From Marispirochaeta sp. (GTDB lineage Bacteria; Spirochaetota; Spirochaetia; JC444; Marispirochaetaceae), in the NCBI GenBank assembly GCA_963676835.2, contig CAXXFF010000002.1:640001-704000 (forward strand): 64,000 nt of DNA, in the 5' to 3' direction. Every line of letters begins with the position of its first letter. The first letter of the stretch is position 1. Of this stretch, positions 10,365-19,982 are shown one piece after another. The notes under the pieces were generated by a model, which was not told the origin of the DNA, searched no databases, and saw nothing but the letters and a program-made list of their open reading frames with translations. The position numbers and the translations under genes were made by a program.

Positions 10365-11515
10365 TGCCTGAGAACGATGTGTATGAAAAAATAGTTTCGT
10401 TTATTCGAACTCAATATGGTACGGGCTTTATACCTCTGCACGTTCCAGTTTTCCAGGGAAATGAAAAAAAATATTTAAATGAATGTATTGATTCAACATT
10501 TGTATCGTCTGTTGGTAAATATGTAGATCGATTTGAGGCTGAAATGGCGGCCTTTACCGGAGCAAAAAGAGCTGTTGCTGTGGTAAACGGAACTAATGCG
10601 CTCCAGGTTGCATTGCGACTTGTTGGGGTCGAACCCTCTACAGAAGTTATAACTCAGCCACTGACGTTTGTTGCAACCTGTAATGCTATAAAATATCTCT
10701 ATGCTGACCCTGTTTTCATAGATGTAGATAATGAAACACTTGGAATGTCCTCTAAAAGCGTAGTACATTTTCTTGAGGAGTATGGGGAAAAACGCGGTAG
10801 TAAAACCTGGAACAAAGTTACAGGGAAAAGAATCAGCGCGATATTGCCAATGCATACTTTCGGGCATCCTGCCAGGATAAACGAAATAGTAGAAATTGCA
10901 TCTGACTGGAATATTCCGGTTGTAGAGGATGCTGCTGAATCTGTAGGAAGTTATGTAAATGGGATTCATACCGGTTTATTTGGACAGGTAGGAGTTTTAA
11001 GCTTCAACGGTAATAAAACCATCACAACAGGAGGTGGAGGGATGATTATTACTAATGATGAAGCACTTGGAAAACAAGCAAAATATCTAACAACTACAGC
11101 AAAAGTTCCCCATGAATGGGAGTTTTTTCATGACGAGCTTGGGTACAATTTTCGTATGCCAAATATAAATGCCGCACTTGGGTGTGCGCAGATGGAGAAG
11201 CTACCTCAGATTCTTGAAAATAAGCGGAAAACCGCCGAGGAATATAGCGATTTTTTTGATACCGTATCAAATATTGAGTTTTTGCATGAGCGCGAAGGTA
11301 CAATATCTAATTACTGGTTGAATGCGGTAATATTAGAAGACAGAGAAAAACGTGATAACTTCTTACAATATACAAATAAGGAATCGGTCATGACACGTCC
11401 TATATGGACTCTGATGAACAAATTACCTATGTATAAAGATTGTCTGTGCGGGCCGTTGTCTAATGCGTACTGGCTTGAGGATCGTATTGTAAATATTCCT
11501 AGTAGTGTGCATTGA
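10364..11515 (+). CDS. legC: LegC-family aminotransferase (DegT/DnrJ/EryC1/StrS)
   Basis: DSTFVSSVG, EDAAES, SFNGNKTITTGGGG, GYNFRMPNINAALG. Confidence 0.9.
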   Translation: MPENDVYEKIVSFIRTQYGTGFIPLHVPVFQGNEKKYLNECIDSTFVSSVGKYVDRFEAEMAAFTGAKRAVAVVNGTNALQVALRLVGVEPSTEVITQPLTFVATCNAIKYLYADPVFIDVDNETLGMSSKSVVHFLEEYGEKRGSKTWNKVTGKRISAILPMHTFGHPARINEIVEIASDWNIPVVEDAAESVGSYVNGIHTGLFGQVGVLSFNGNKTITTGGGGMIITNDEALGKQAKYLTTTAKVPHEWEFFHDELGYNFRMPNINAALGCAQMEKLPQILENKRKTAEEYSDFFDTVSNIEFLHEREGTISNYWLNAVILEDREKRDNFLQYTNKESVMTRPIWTLMNKLPMYKDCLCGPLSNAYWLEDRIVNIPSSVH

Positions 11516-12160
11516 ATGAAAAATGATATCGTGCTCATTGGCGGTGGAGGTCATTGTCGCTCTTGTATTGATGTTATTGAAGAAGAGGGATCGTTTAATA
11601 TAAAAGGAATAATAGATCAATCCAGTTTTATAGAAAACAACATACTAGGATATCCGATTATTGGTAATGATGATGATTTACCAATTTCAGGAGTGAATTA
11701 CTATTTTATTACTGTTGGGCAAATAGAAAGTCCTGAAATTAGGGTAAAGATCTATAAACATATAGAATCATTTAAGATTAATCTTCCGGTAATTATTTCT
11801 CCATATGCGTATGTTTCCAATCATGCAAAAATAGGACCAGGAACTATAATTATGCATGGTGCAATAGTTAATGCCGGGGCAGTAATCGGTACAAACTGCA
11901 TAATCAATACAAAAGCTTTGATAGAGCACGATGTGCAAATAGGGAATTTTTGTCATGTTTCCACTGCGGCAACCTTGAATGGCGGGGTTCAGCTCGGTAA
12001 TTATTCTTTCATTGGAAGTAACTCAACGATAAACCAGATGGCAAAAATACCTGATAACACTGTTATAGGATCAGGCTCAGTGGTTACAAGCAATAAGAAA
12101 TTATCCTCAAGTCAAACTTATTGGGGGAACCCATTAAAATCTAAGCATGATGAAAAATAA
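11516..12160 (+). CDS. NeuD/PglD-family sugar N/O-acetyltransferase
   Basis: GGGGH N-terminus, IEHD catalytic motif, hexapeptide repeats. Confidence 0.92.
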   Translation: MKNDIVLIGGGGHCRSCIDVIEEEGSFNIKGIIDQSSFIENNILGYPIIGNDDDLPISGVNYYFITVGQIESPEIRVKIYKHIESFKINLPVIISPYAYVSNHAKIGPGTIIMHGAIVNAGAVIGTNCIINTKALIEHDVQIGNFCHVSTAATLNGGVQLGNYSFIGSNSTINQMAKIPDNTVIGSGSVVTSNKKLSSSQTYWGNPLKSKHDEK

Positions 12161-13157
12161 GACTATCATAATTGCTGAAGCAGGCGTAAACCATAACGGA
12201 TCAATGGACATTGCTGTAAAGCTCATTGATGCTGCTAAAGAGACAGGATCTGATGTTATCAAGTTCCAATCCTTTATCGCTGAAAAGCTTGCTTCAAATA
12301 ATGCTAAAAAAGCGGAATATCAAAGTAAGAATAGCCTTGATACAAATATTTCCCAACTCGGTATGCTCAAAAAACTTGAACTTTCTTTTGATCAGCAGCG
12401 ATTCCTGTTTAACTATGCTGCTGAGAAAGGAATTGAAATTGCATCTACAGCATTTGATGAGGAGAGCATTGGGTTCCTTAGAGAAATAAATATGCCGTTT
12501 TGGAAAGTGCCTTCAGGAGAAATTGATAATACTCCGTATTTGAGAATAATAGGTTCCTTTAATAAGCCTGTTATTCTGTCGACAGGCATGAGTACTTTGG
12601 CAGATATAGAGTATGCGCTTGATGTTCTTGTTAAAGCGGGAACAAAGAGAGATAAAATATCTCTTCTTCATTGTACAACGGAATACCCGGCACCCTTTAA
12701 CGAAGTAAATATTAACGTCATTGAAACAATGAAAACCAGTTTCGGTCTCCCTGTTGGTTACTCTGACCATACTACAGGTATAAATGTGCCTATTGCTGCT
12801 GTTGCTAAAGGAGCCTGCATAATAGAAAAACATTTTACTCTGGATAAGAATATGCCCGGGCCGGATCACAAGGCTTCACTCGAACCTAAAGAATTTAAGG
12901 AAATGGTAACAGCTATCAGGCAAGTGGAAGAGGCTTTAGGAAATGGGATCAAACAAGTGACTGACTCTGAAAAAGCAAATATACCGATTGCACGAAAAAA
13001 TATTGTTACAGCTAAAAGAATCAGGGCAGGAGAACTATTTACTGAAGATAATTTGACAACAAAGCGTACAGGAGCAGGTATCAGCCCTAGGTACTGGGAT
13101 TTCATCATTGGGCGTAAAGCTGCACGGGACTATGAACCAGATGAGGAAATTGAATGA
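12147..13157 (+). CDS. neuB: Nonulosonic acid (legionaminate) synthase, NeuB/LegI family, with C-terminal SAF domain
   Basis: IAEAGVNHNG, IKFQ, LHCTTEYP, GYSDHT, IEKHFTLD, GPDHKASL. Confidence 0.95.
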   Translation: MMKNKTIIIAEAGVNHNGSMDIAVKLIDAAKETGSDVIKFQSFIAEKLASNNAKKAEYQSKNSLDTNISQLGMLKKLELSFDQQRFLFNYAAEKGIEIASTAFDEESIGFLREINMPFWKVPSGEIDNTPYLRIIGSFNKPVILSTGMSTLADIEYALDVLVKAGTKRDKISLLHCTTEYPAPFNEVNINVIETMKTSFGLPVGYSDHTTGINVPIAAVAKGACIIEKHFTLDKNMPGPDHKASLEPKEFKEMVTAIRQVEEALGNGIKQVTDSEKANIPIARKNIVTAKRIRAGELFTEDNLTTKRTGAGISPRYWDFIIGRKAARDYEPDEEIE

Positions 13158-14311
13158 AATCTAATTTAAAAATAGCTGTAGTTACTGGTACCCGGGCAGA
13201 ATACGGATTGTTGCGCCCCTTAATAAAAAAACTTGATGAAAAATATTCGATCGTAATAATTGCAACGGGGATGCATTTATCTCCAGAATTTGGATTAACA
13301 GTAAATGAAATTGAAAATGATGGTTTTCGTGTAGAAGAAAAAATTGAAATGCTTCTGTCTGCCGATACTAAAACATCTGTAGTGAAGTCAATGGGTGTGG
13401 GATTGATATCTTTTGCAGAAATACTGGAAAGGACTATGCCTGATCTCCTCGTAGTGCTCGGGGACCGGTTTGAGATTTTGACTGCTGTAACGGCAGCTAC
13501 AATAATGAAAATACCAATAGCTCATCTTCATGGAGGCGAGCTTACGGAAGGAGCCGTCGACGATAATATTCGCCATGCAATTACCAAAATGAGCCATCTC
13601 CATTTTACATCCACAGAGTTGTATCGAAGAAGAGTTATTCAAATGGGGGAACAGCCGGACACTGTATTCAATGTTGGTGCAATCGGTCTGGATAATATTG
13701 CAACCCTGCATCTTCTTTCTAAAGAAGAGCTTTCACGTGATCTTGGGTTACAGTTCAAGGAGAAATGCATTCTTGTTACCTATCACCCTGTGACGCTGGA
13801 ATCTGTTTCCATCGAATTTCAGATAGATACCCTGTTCTCCGTTTTAGAAGAAGAAAAGAGTGCAACAATAATTTTTACCAAAGCCAATGCCGACGCAGAT
13901 GGGAGATATATTAATAGCAGGATTGAAGCATGGAGTCATAAGCATCCGGAGACTCACCTTTTTGCATCATTAGGGTCTTTACGTTATTTAAGCCTTTTGA
14001 AAGTATCAGATGTTGTAGTTGGAAATTCATCGAGTGGTATAATTGAAGCTCCGATGGTGAGAACCCCTACAGTAAATATCGGTACCAGGCAGAATGGAAG
14101 ACTGCGTGCTCTCTCTGTAATCGACTGTAGCTATAATAAAGAAGAAATTGGAAACAGTTTAAAAAAGGCTTTATCTGCTGAATTTCTTTCGGAAATAGAA
14201 ACAATGGATAATCCATATGGAAATGGAACAACTTCTAATAAAATTATCGAAATTATTGATAAAATTGATCTGGAAAAACTGATTCCCAAGCATTTTTATG
14301 ACTGGAGCTAA
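13154..14311 (+). CDS. neuC: Hydrolysing NDP-diNAc-bacillosamine/GlcNAc 2-epimerase (NeuC/LegG)
   Basis: TGTRAEYGLL, LGDRFE, HLHGGE, GNSSSG. Confidence 0.95.
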   Translation: MKSNLKIAVVTGTRAEYGLLRPLIKKLDEKYSIVIIATGMHLSPEFGLTVNEIENDGFRVEEKIEMLLSADTKTSVVKSMGVGLISFAEILERTMPDLLVVLGDRFEILTAVTAATIMKIPIAHLHGGELTEGAVDDNIRHAITKMSHLHFTSTELYRRRVIQMGEQPDTVFNVGAIGLDNIATLHLLSKEELSRDLGLQFKEKCILVTYHPVTLESVSIEFQIDTLFSVLEEEKSATIIFTKANADADGRYINSRIEAWSHKHPETHLFASLGSLRYLSLLKVSDVVVGNSSSGIIEAPMVRTPTVNIGTRQNGRLRALSVIDCSYNKEEIGNSLKKALSAEFLSEIETMDNPYGNGTTSNKIIEIIDKIDLEKLIPKHFYDWS

Positions 14312-15368
14312 GGTGAAAGATATTTTCATAGGAAAAGAAATAACTGTTAAAGATGCCCTGAAGAAACTGGATTTGGTTGCGTCTAAAGTGCTGTTGGTAA
14401 TAGATTCGTCTAAAAAATTACTTGGTACTTTGAGTGATGGTGATATCCGGAGGCACCTTCTTCAAGGTGGTTCCCTGGAGGATCCAATTCAGGGGATCTA
14501 TAATACATCCCCCAAGTATGCCAGTGACAATGAGCCGAAAACTTTACGCCAAATTCTTCTTAAGTATAAGATTGATCTTATCCCGTATCTGGATTCCTCC
14601 GGCCATGTGATAGATGCATACAATTGGGAAGATGTTTTTGATACTCCTCAGAAAGAAAACAGTTCTATTTTGAGTAAAGTCCCGATTGTTATTATGGCTG
14701 GCGGAAAAGGGACACGAATGCAGCCCTTCACCTCAGTATTGCCCAAGCCGCTTATTCCAATAGGTGAAAAGACCATACTTGAATTGTTAATTGATAATTT
14801 CTCAGATTTTGGTGCCCGGGATTTCTATTTCACAGTGAATTATCGGGGAGAGATGATTAAGGCTTTTTTTGACTCTATCGAAAAGCAGTATTCAATACAG
14901 TATATTTGGGAAAAGGAATTCGCAGGAACAGCTGGAAGTTTGTCTCTTATTGAATCAATGGACAGCACATTCCTTGTTTCGAATTGTGATATTATTGTGA
15001 AAGCTAATTATGAAGATATCTATAATTTTCATAAAGAGAGTGAAGCTGCTTTGACGGTTGTATCTTCTATACAGCATCATACAGTCCCGTATGGTGTTAT
15101 TGATTATGCCGACGGTGGTGTTGTTACGGGAATACGGGAAAAGCCGGAATTCTCTTTTCCAATTAATACGGGTGTATATATTTTGGAACCGGAGGCGCTC
15201 AACTATATTCCTCCGAACAAGGTGTTTCATATGACACATCTTATGGAAGCATTGATTGCAGATGGTAAAAAGGTTGTTACCTACATTGTAAACGAGAAAG
15301 ACTATATCGATATCGGCCAGTGGGAAGAATATCGTAAGGCAATATCCCTTATGGATTTCCCTAAATGA
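14298..15368 (+). CDS. CBS-domain nucleotidyltransferase (PtmE/LgaF-like)
   Basis: N-terminal CBS (LSDGDIRR) plus MAGGKGTRM..LPKPLIP. Confidence 0.9.
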   Translation: MTGAKVKDIFIGKEITVKDALKKLDLVASKVLLVIDSSKKLLGTLSDGDIRRHLLQGGSLEDPIQGIYNTSPKYASDNEPKTLRQILLKYKIDLIPYLDSSGHVIDAYNWEDVFDTPQKENSSILSKVPIVIMAGGKGTRMQPFTSVLPKPLIPIGEKTILELLIDNFSDFGARDFYFTVNYRGEMIKAFFDSIEKQYSIQYIWEKEFAGTAGSLSLIESMDSTFLVSNCDIIVKANYEDIYNFHKESEAALTVVSSIQHHTVPYGVIDYADGGVVTGIREKPEFSFPINTGVYILEPEALNYIPPNKVFHMTHLMEALIADGKKVVTYIVNEKDYIDIGQWEEYRKAISLMDFPK

Positions 15369-16369
15369 GTAAAGATGGTCTATCACAGTTGAATTCAATT
15401 GCCGTTGTCAGTCTGGGAAGTATTGGCAGGCGGCATGTGCAGACGATACATAGTGTCCTGCCGGAGTGTAATATTTGTGCGGTAAGAAGCGGTATTGGAA
15501 AAAAATGTAAGGAAGAAGCTCTTCTTGGTAGTGTATACTCCTCAATAGATGAAGTATTAGAAAGAAATATCAATGCTGCAATTATATGCAGTCCTGCCAG
15601 TTTTCACGCTGAATATGCTATTCCTTTTTTGAAAAAGAATATACCTGTACTTATTGAAAAACCGCTTGCAGGTACATATAAAGAAGCTTTCAGCATTTAT
15701 AAGGAATCTGAAAATAAAAAGGCTTATGTAGCTTATGTATTGCGGCATCACCCTGCATATAATAAAGTTGGAGAGATAATAAAAATAGGGGCTCTTGGAA
15801 AAATCCGTTCAGCAGAAATTACAGTGAGAACATTTTTACCTAATTGGCGTCCGGATACAGATTTTCATATATCTGTATCTGCTCAGAGAGAGCTTGGTGG
15901 CGGGGTCTTAAGGGAATTAAGCCATGAGCTTGACTATGCGCAAACAATATTAGGCAACTTTACTGAAGTTTTCGGGTATAGAAATCAGAACTCTGATTTG
16001 AATATTGGCGTAGAAGAACAGGTTACTGCTGTTCTTACGACAAGCAATAATATACATACACAAATGGTACTGGATTTTGCATCACGGGTCGAAGAGCGGT
16101 TTTTTAAAGTAATATTGGATAATGGGGTAGTATTCTGGAATCTTCTTGATCAGAGTGTTGCCATGCTTGAAAATGGACAAGATTCTGTCAAGTTTGAATA
16201 TAAAATGTCGCGGGATGAATTGTTTCAGCAGCAGTTCAAGGCATTTATTAATGCAGTTAAAGGGACAACAACAGATATGCCTACAATAGAAGAAGGACTT
16301 AAGGTTCTCGCGGTTATTGAAGGAATAGAAAAATCATTTTCAGAAGGGTTACCGGTACAGATTAAATGA
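15365..16369 (+). CDS. Gfo/Idh/MocA oxidoreductase (ElaA/PtmF-like)
   Basis: LGSIGRRH, IEKPL, GGGVLRELSHELDY. Confidence 0.9.
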   Translation: MSKDGLSQLNSIAVVSLGSIGRRHVQTIHSVLPECNICAVRSGIGKKCKEEALLGSVYSSIDEVLERNINAAIICSPASFHAEYAIPFLKKNIPVLIEKPLAGTYKEAFSIYKESENKKAYVAYVLRHHPAYNKVGEIIKIGALGKIRSAEITVRTFLPNWRPDTDFHISVSAQRELGGGVLRELSHELDYAQTILGNFTEVFGYRNQNSDLNIGVEEQVTAVLTTSNNIHTQMVLDFASRVEERFFKVILDNGVVFWNLLDQSVAMLENGQDSVKFEYKMSRDELFQQQFKAFINAVKGTTTDMPTIEEGLKVLAVIEGIEKSFSEGLPVQIK

Positions 16370-17073
16370 GAGTTTTTGCTTTTGTATTTGCCCGCGGCGG
16401 GTCAAAAGGATTAAAACATAAAAATATAAAGCCTTTGTCTGGAAAACCACTTATTGCATGGTCAATAGAGACAGCGCAGGCGATGCCCGGTATTGAACAG
16501 ATATTCGTTTCCACCGACAGTGTTGAGATTAAGAAAATAGCCGAAAATTATAATGCTATTGTAATTGACAGACCTGTTCATTTGGCTTCTGATGATGCTC
16601 CGGAATGGTTAGCCTGGCAGCATGCCGTTAGCTGGGTAGAGGAGCGGTATGGAGTCTTTGATACTTTTGTCAGTCTGCCGGCAACCTCCCCGTTGCGTTC
16701 GATTGTGGATGTAGATGCATGTATACAGGAGTATGAGAAAGACTCTTCTATTGATGCTGTTGTTACGATGACAGAAAGTGAACGAAGTCCCTGGTTTAAT
16801 ATGGTAAAAACAAACGTTTCAGGCTTTCTGGAAACTGTGAATAAAAATGATAACCAATACTCCCGCAGACAGGATGCGCCTAAGACGTATGATGTGACAA
16901 CGGTGTGTTATGTGACAGGCCCAGATTATATTAAGAAATCTCAGAACCTTTGGGCAGGAAATGTTTCGGGCATAACAGTTCCCCGTGATAGAGCCGTAGA
17001 TATTGATACAATAGATGATTTTTTATTTGCTGAGTATCTTTTAACTAAAAGGAAAAATAATGAGCCTGAATAG
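16366..17073 (+). CDS. Acylneuraminate (CMP-nonulosonate) cytidylyltransferase (ElaB/PtmB-like)
   Basis: ARGGSKGLKHKNI, STD, TSPLR, RRQD, DIDT. Confidence 0.92.
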   Translation: MRVFAFVFARGGSKGLKHKNIKPLSGKPLIAWSIETAQAMPGIEQIFVSTDSVEIKKIAENYNAIVIDRPVHLASDDAPEWLAWQHAVSWVEERYGVFDTFVSLPATSPLRSIVDVDACIQEYEKDSSIDAVVTMTESERSPWFNMVKTNVSGFLETVNKNDNQYSRRQDAPKTYDVTTVCYVTGPDYIKKSQNLWAGNVSGITVPRDRAVDIDTIDDFLFAEYLLTKRKNNEPE

Positions 17074-17818
17074 TAAAATAATTATTGTTACAGGAGGAGC
17101 CGGATTAATCGGCACAGAAATCTGCAGGTCTATAGTTTCCAGAGGTGGAAATGTTTCTATTTGTGATATGAATGAAAAAAAAGGCATTTCTTTGCAGAAC
17201 GAGCTTGGTGATTCTAAAGCTTTATTCATTAGAACAGATATTTCTTTAAAAGAAAGCCTGGACTCGGCAATTAATGATACTATCACACGTTTCGGAAAAT
17301 GTGATGGATTGGTTCATTGTGCCTATCCTCGAACAGCAGATTGGGGAACAAAATTCGAAGAACTTTCAATAGATTCCATAACGGCTAATTTAACAAATCA
17401 GCTTGGAGGGACTATTTTAACAGCACAGAGGATAATCCCGCATCTGGAACTGAACGGGGGATCTATTGTTCTTCTTTCATCAATCCAGGGATTGAGTGCA
17501 CCGAAGTTTAATCATTATGAAGGGACATCTATGTCATCTCCCATTGAGTATTCAGCTATTAAGGCAGCTGTTAACTCTGTGGCCAGATATTTGGCAAAGT
17601 ATTTGAAGAATAAGAATATTCGGGTAAATACTGTAAGCCCCGGTGGTATCCTGGCAAATCAGCCACAGAACTTTCTTGATCAGTATCGTAAAGACTGCAT
17701 TAACAAGGGTATGCTTGATCCTGAAGATATCAGTGGTGCAGTATGTTTTCTTCTTTCAGATGATTCAAAATATATTAATGGGCAGAACATTGTTGTTGAT
17801 GATGGTTGGTCCTTATAA
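17060..17818 (+). CDS. Classical SDR oxidoreductase (ElaC/PtmA-like)
   Basis: TGGAGLIG, HCAYPR, EYSAIK, NTVSPGG, VDDGWSL. Confidence 0.9.
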   Translation: MSLNSKIIIVTGGAGLIGTEICRSIVSRGGNVSICDMNEKKGISLQNELGDSKALFIRTDISLKESLDSAINDTITRFGKCDGLVHCAYPRTADWGTKFEELSIDSITANLTNQLGGTILTAQRIIPHLELNGGSIVLLSSIQGLSAPKFNHYEGTSMSSPIEYSAIKAAVNSVARYLAKYLKNKNIRVNTVSPGGILANQPQNFLDQYRKDCINKGMLDPEDISGAVCFLLSDDSKYINGQNIVVDDGWSL

Positions 17819-17864
17819 ACTACATGAACAGAGTTTCGCAGAATATTAGATTATTGGAGAGATT

Positions 17865-19232
17865 ATGAATATTTATATTCATGTTGAAATAGTAGCTCGA
17901 GAGCTGGACGGTAAATTATTATTAGCGCTCTGTGCTGCCGAAAGAGGGCATGAAGTTATTGTCAGCTGCCATGAAACAATACGTTATATGGTTAAAAAGA
18001 GAAATCTTTTTAAGCCGGGTATTTTTCATGCGAAGGATATTGCCCCCAGGTCAGCAAAAATTAAACGACATGAAAAACTAATCAACCATGGCTTCCTTAT
18101 AACAAGTATGGATGAAGAAGGTCGACTTATAAGCTGGGACTATGAACCCTTTGCTTTCGGACGTTTTTCTGATACATCATTAGCCCAAACTGCGGGTATT
18201 TTCTGTTGGGGGAACCATGATTACACCGAATTAAGGCGAATATATCCGCAATTTAAAGAAATTTTCTATAAAACTGGTTCAACAAGAGCGGATTTATGGC
18301 AAAATACTTTCAGTCCCTTTTGGGGCAAGCCTGAGCATCTGCCAAAGAAAAAATATCTGCTTTTTTCCAGTAATTTCGGCCATGCACAAAACTATCAGCG
18401 GTTTTGGACAATTATAAACGGTCATAGAAAAAGCGGATATTTTGAAAGGACACCTGAACTTGAAGAAGAAAAATATATTCGATGTTCGGAAGAGATAAAA
18501 GTAATTTTTGAAGTTATAAAAGCGTTAAAATTTCTTTCTGAGGCTATTCCTGATATAGACATTGTTATACGACCTCACCCAGTTGAAGACCCGCGAGGAT
18601 GGAAAGATCTGCTGGGTGATACTGATAACATACATGTCATAAAAGAAGGTCCGATCAGTCCCTGGGTTAATAACTCCATTGCAGTTATGCATAATGGCTG
18701 TACAACAGCATTAGAATCGGTTGTTGCAGAAAAGCCGGTAATTACTTTTGTGCCTTTTAAACAAACATATGAGAATGACATGCCAAATTCTCTTGGCATT
18801 AAAACAACAAACAAAGAACAGGTTCTGGAAGCAGTAAAGAAAATTCTTGATGATCAATATGATAAGGAAATCGAAATTCGAGATGAAAAGATTGTAACTG
18901 AAAAATTAGATTATTCTCAAAATGAACTCGCTGCCGACCGGATGATCGATGTATGGGAAAAAATCGATAACAGTTCGTTAAACGCAAAAAACAACTGGCA
19001 GAAAATTAAAAAAGCACTTCTATTAAAGAATATTATCATGAATATATTAGTGGTAGTATCGCGTATTGTTAGAAGAAAAGATCGTATTCGATACCGCAGA
19101 GAATTTCTCCCTCTATCAAATAAAACCATTCAGAAAAAAGTGATGCTCTTAAAGCAATGTATTAATAAGGGAGAAAACGTTTCAGTTGAAATGCTGGACA
19201 GTAGGACTATATTGTTCAGGAAAAAGAAATAA
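17865..19232 (+). CDS. Surface carbohydrate biosynthesis protein, putative nonulosonate transferase (GT-B-like)
   Basis: EIVARELDGKLLLA, DEEG, IRPHPVE, HNGCTTALE; follows the NulO pathway. Confidence 0.7.
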   Translation: MNIYIHVEIVARELDGKLLLALCAAERGHEVIVSCHETIRYMVKKRNLFKPGIFHAKDIAPRSAKIKRHEKLINHGFLITSMDEEGRLISWDYEPFAFGRFSDTSLAQTAGIFCWGNHDYTELRRIYPQFKEIFYKTGSTRADLWQNTFSPFWGKPEHLPKKKYLLFSSNFGHAQNYQRFWTIINGHRKSGYFERTPELEEEKYIRCSEEIKVIFEVIKALKFLSEAIPDIDIVIRPHPVEDPRGWKDLLGDTDNIHVIKEGPISPWVNNSIAVMHNGCTTALESVVAEKPVITFVPFKQTYENDMPNSLGIKTTNKEQVLEAVKKILDDQYDKEIEIRDEKIVTEKLDYSQNELAADRMIDVWEKIDNSSLNAKNNWQKIKKALLLKNIIMNILVVVSRIVRRKDRIRYRREFLPLSNKTIQKKVMLLKQCINKGENVSVEMLDSRTILFRKKK

Positions 19233-19235
19233 CAA

Positions 19236-19982
19236 TCACACTTTCTTCTTCAATGTATCCTTCATCTTTTCTTTTACCCCGGATCCCAGGGACTTCCTAA
19301 TGACAGAAAACAGCTCAAGGTAATAATTCAGTTTATACACGGGTATTGCATGTGAATCATCTTTATAGTTTTCTGCGATATTACCTTTTACATATATAAA
19401 TATGCTTTCCGGTTCATACGCAATGGCGGTGAAGAGTGTTTCGAGATAAGGAGAATGGTTTCCATAGGAAACTTGTAGATTAAATTGTTTCTTCAGTTCT
19501 GTTATCGATCTCAAATTTATCATTTCAGGACTATAGTTCAGTGCTGTATGATTCAATACTGGAACAATATCATGTTTTTTCAGGAAATCAACCGTAGACT
19601 GAATTTCATCACAGTCCGATAATCCTGTGGATACATAAACGTCTTTTCCGGTTAAAGCGATTTTTTCCAGAAGATCGAAATTCTTAATATCCTTGCTTAA
19701 AACCTTGAAAAAGGACACGCCTGACTGTACAAAGAAATCAACTTTATTTGGATCAGATAAAGCGATACCGAATCTCTTTTTTTTCAACAGAATCTTTTGA
19801 GCAGCCTCGGCATAAACAGAATCATCCAGGAAATATTTTTCATTTTTTGACTGGGTATAATATTCAGCTTCCCGAACCTGCATGGTTACCGCATCTATAG
19901 GAGTCGAAAGGATAACATCAAGAAGACTGCTTACGACTGATTCTTCACCCTGATGATTTAGTCCCAGTTCAGCTATAATCAT
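19236..19982 (-). CDS. Short NeuB-family protein with degenerate active site
   Basis: MIIAELGLNHQG and VSTG present, but KFQ, GYSDH and EKH motifs are altered; no SAF domain; start overlaps upstream stop. Confidence 0.8.
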   Translation of the reverse strand: MIIAELGLNHQGEESVVSSLLDVILSTPIDAVTMQVREAEYYTQSKNEKYFLDDSVYAEAAQKILLKKKRFGIALSDPNKVDFFVQSGVSFFKVLSKDIKNFDLLEKIALTGKDVYVSTGLSDCDEIQSTVDFLKKHDIVPVLNHTALNYSPEMINLRSITELKKQFNLQVSYGNHSPYLETLFTAIAYEPESIFIYVKGNIAENYKDDSHAIPVYKLNYYLELFSVIRKSLGSGVKEKMKDTLKKKV

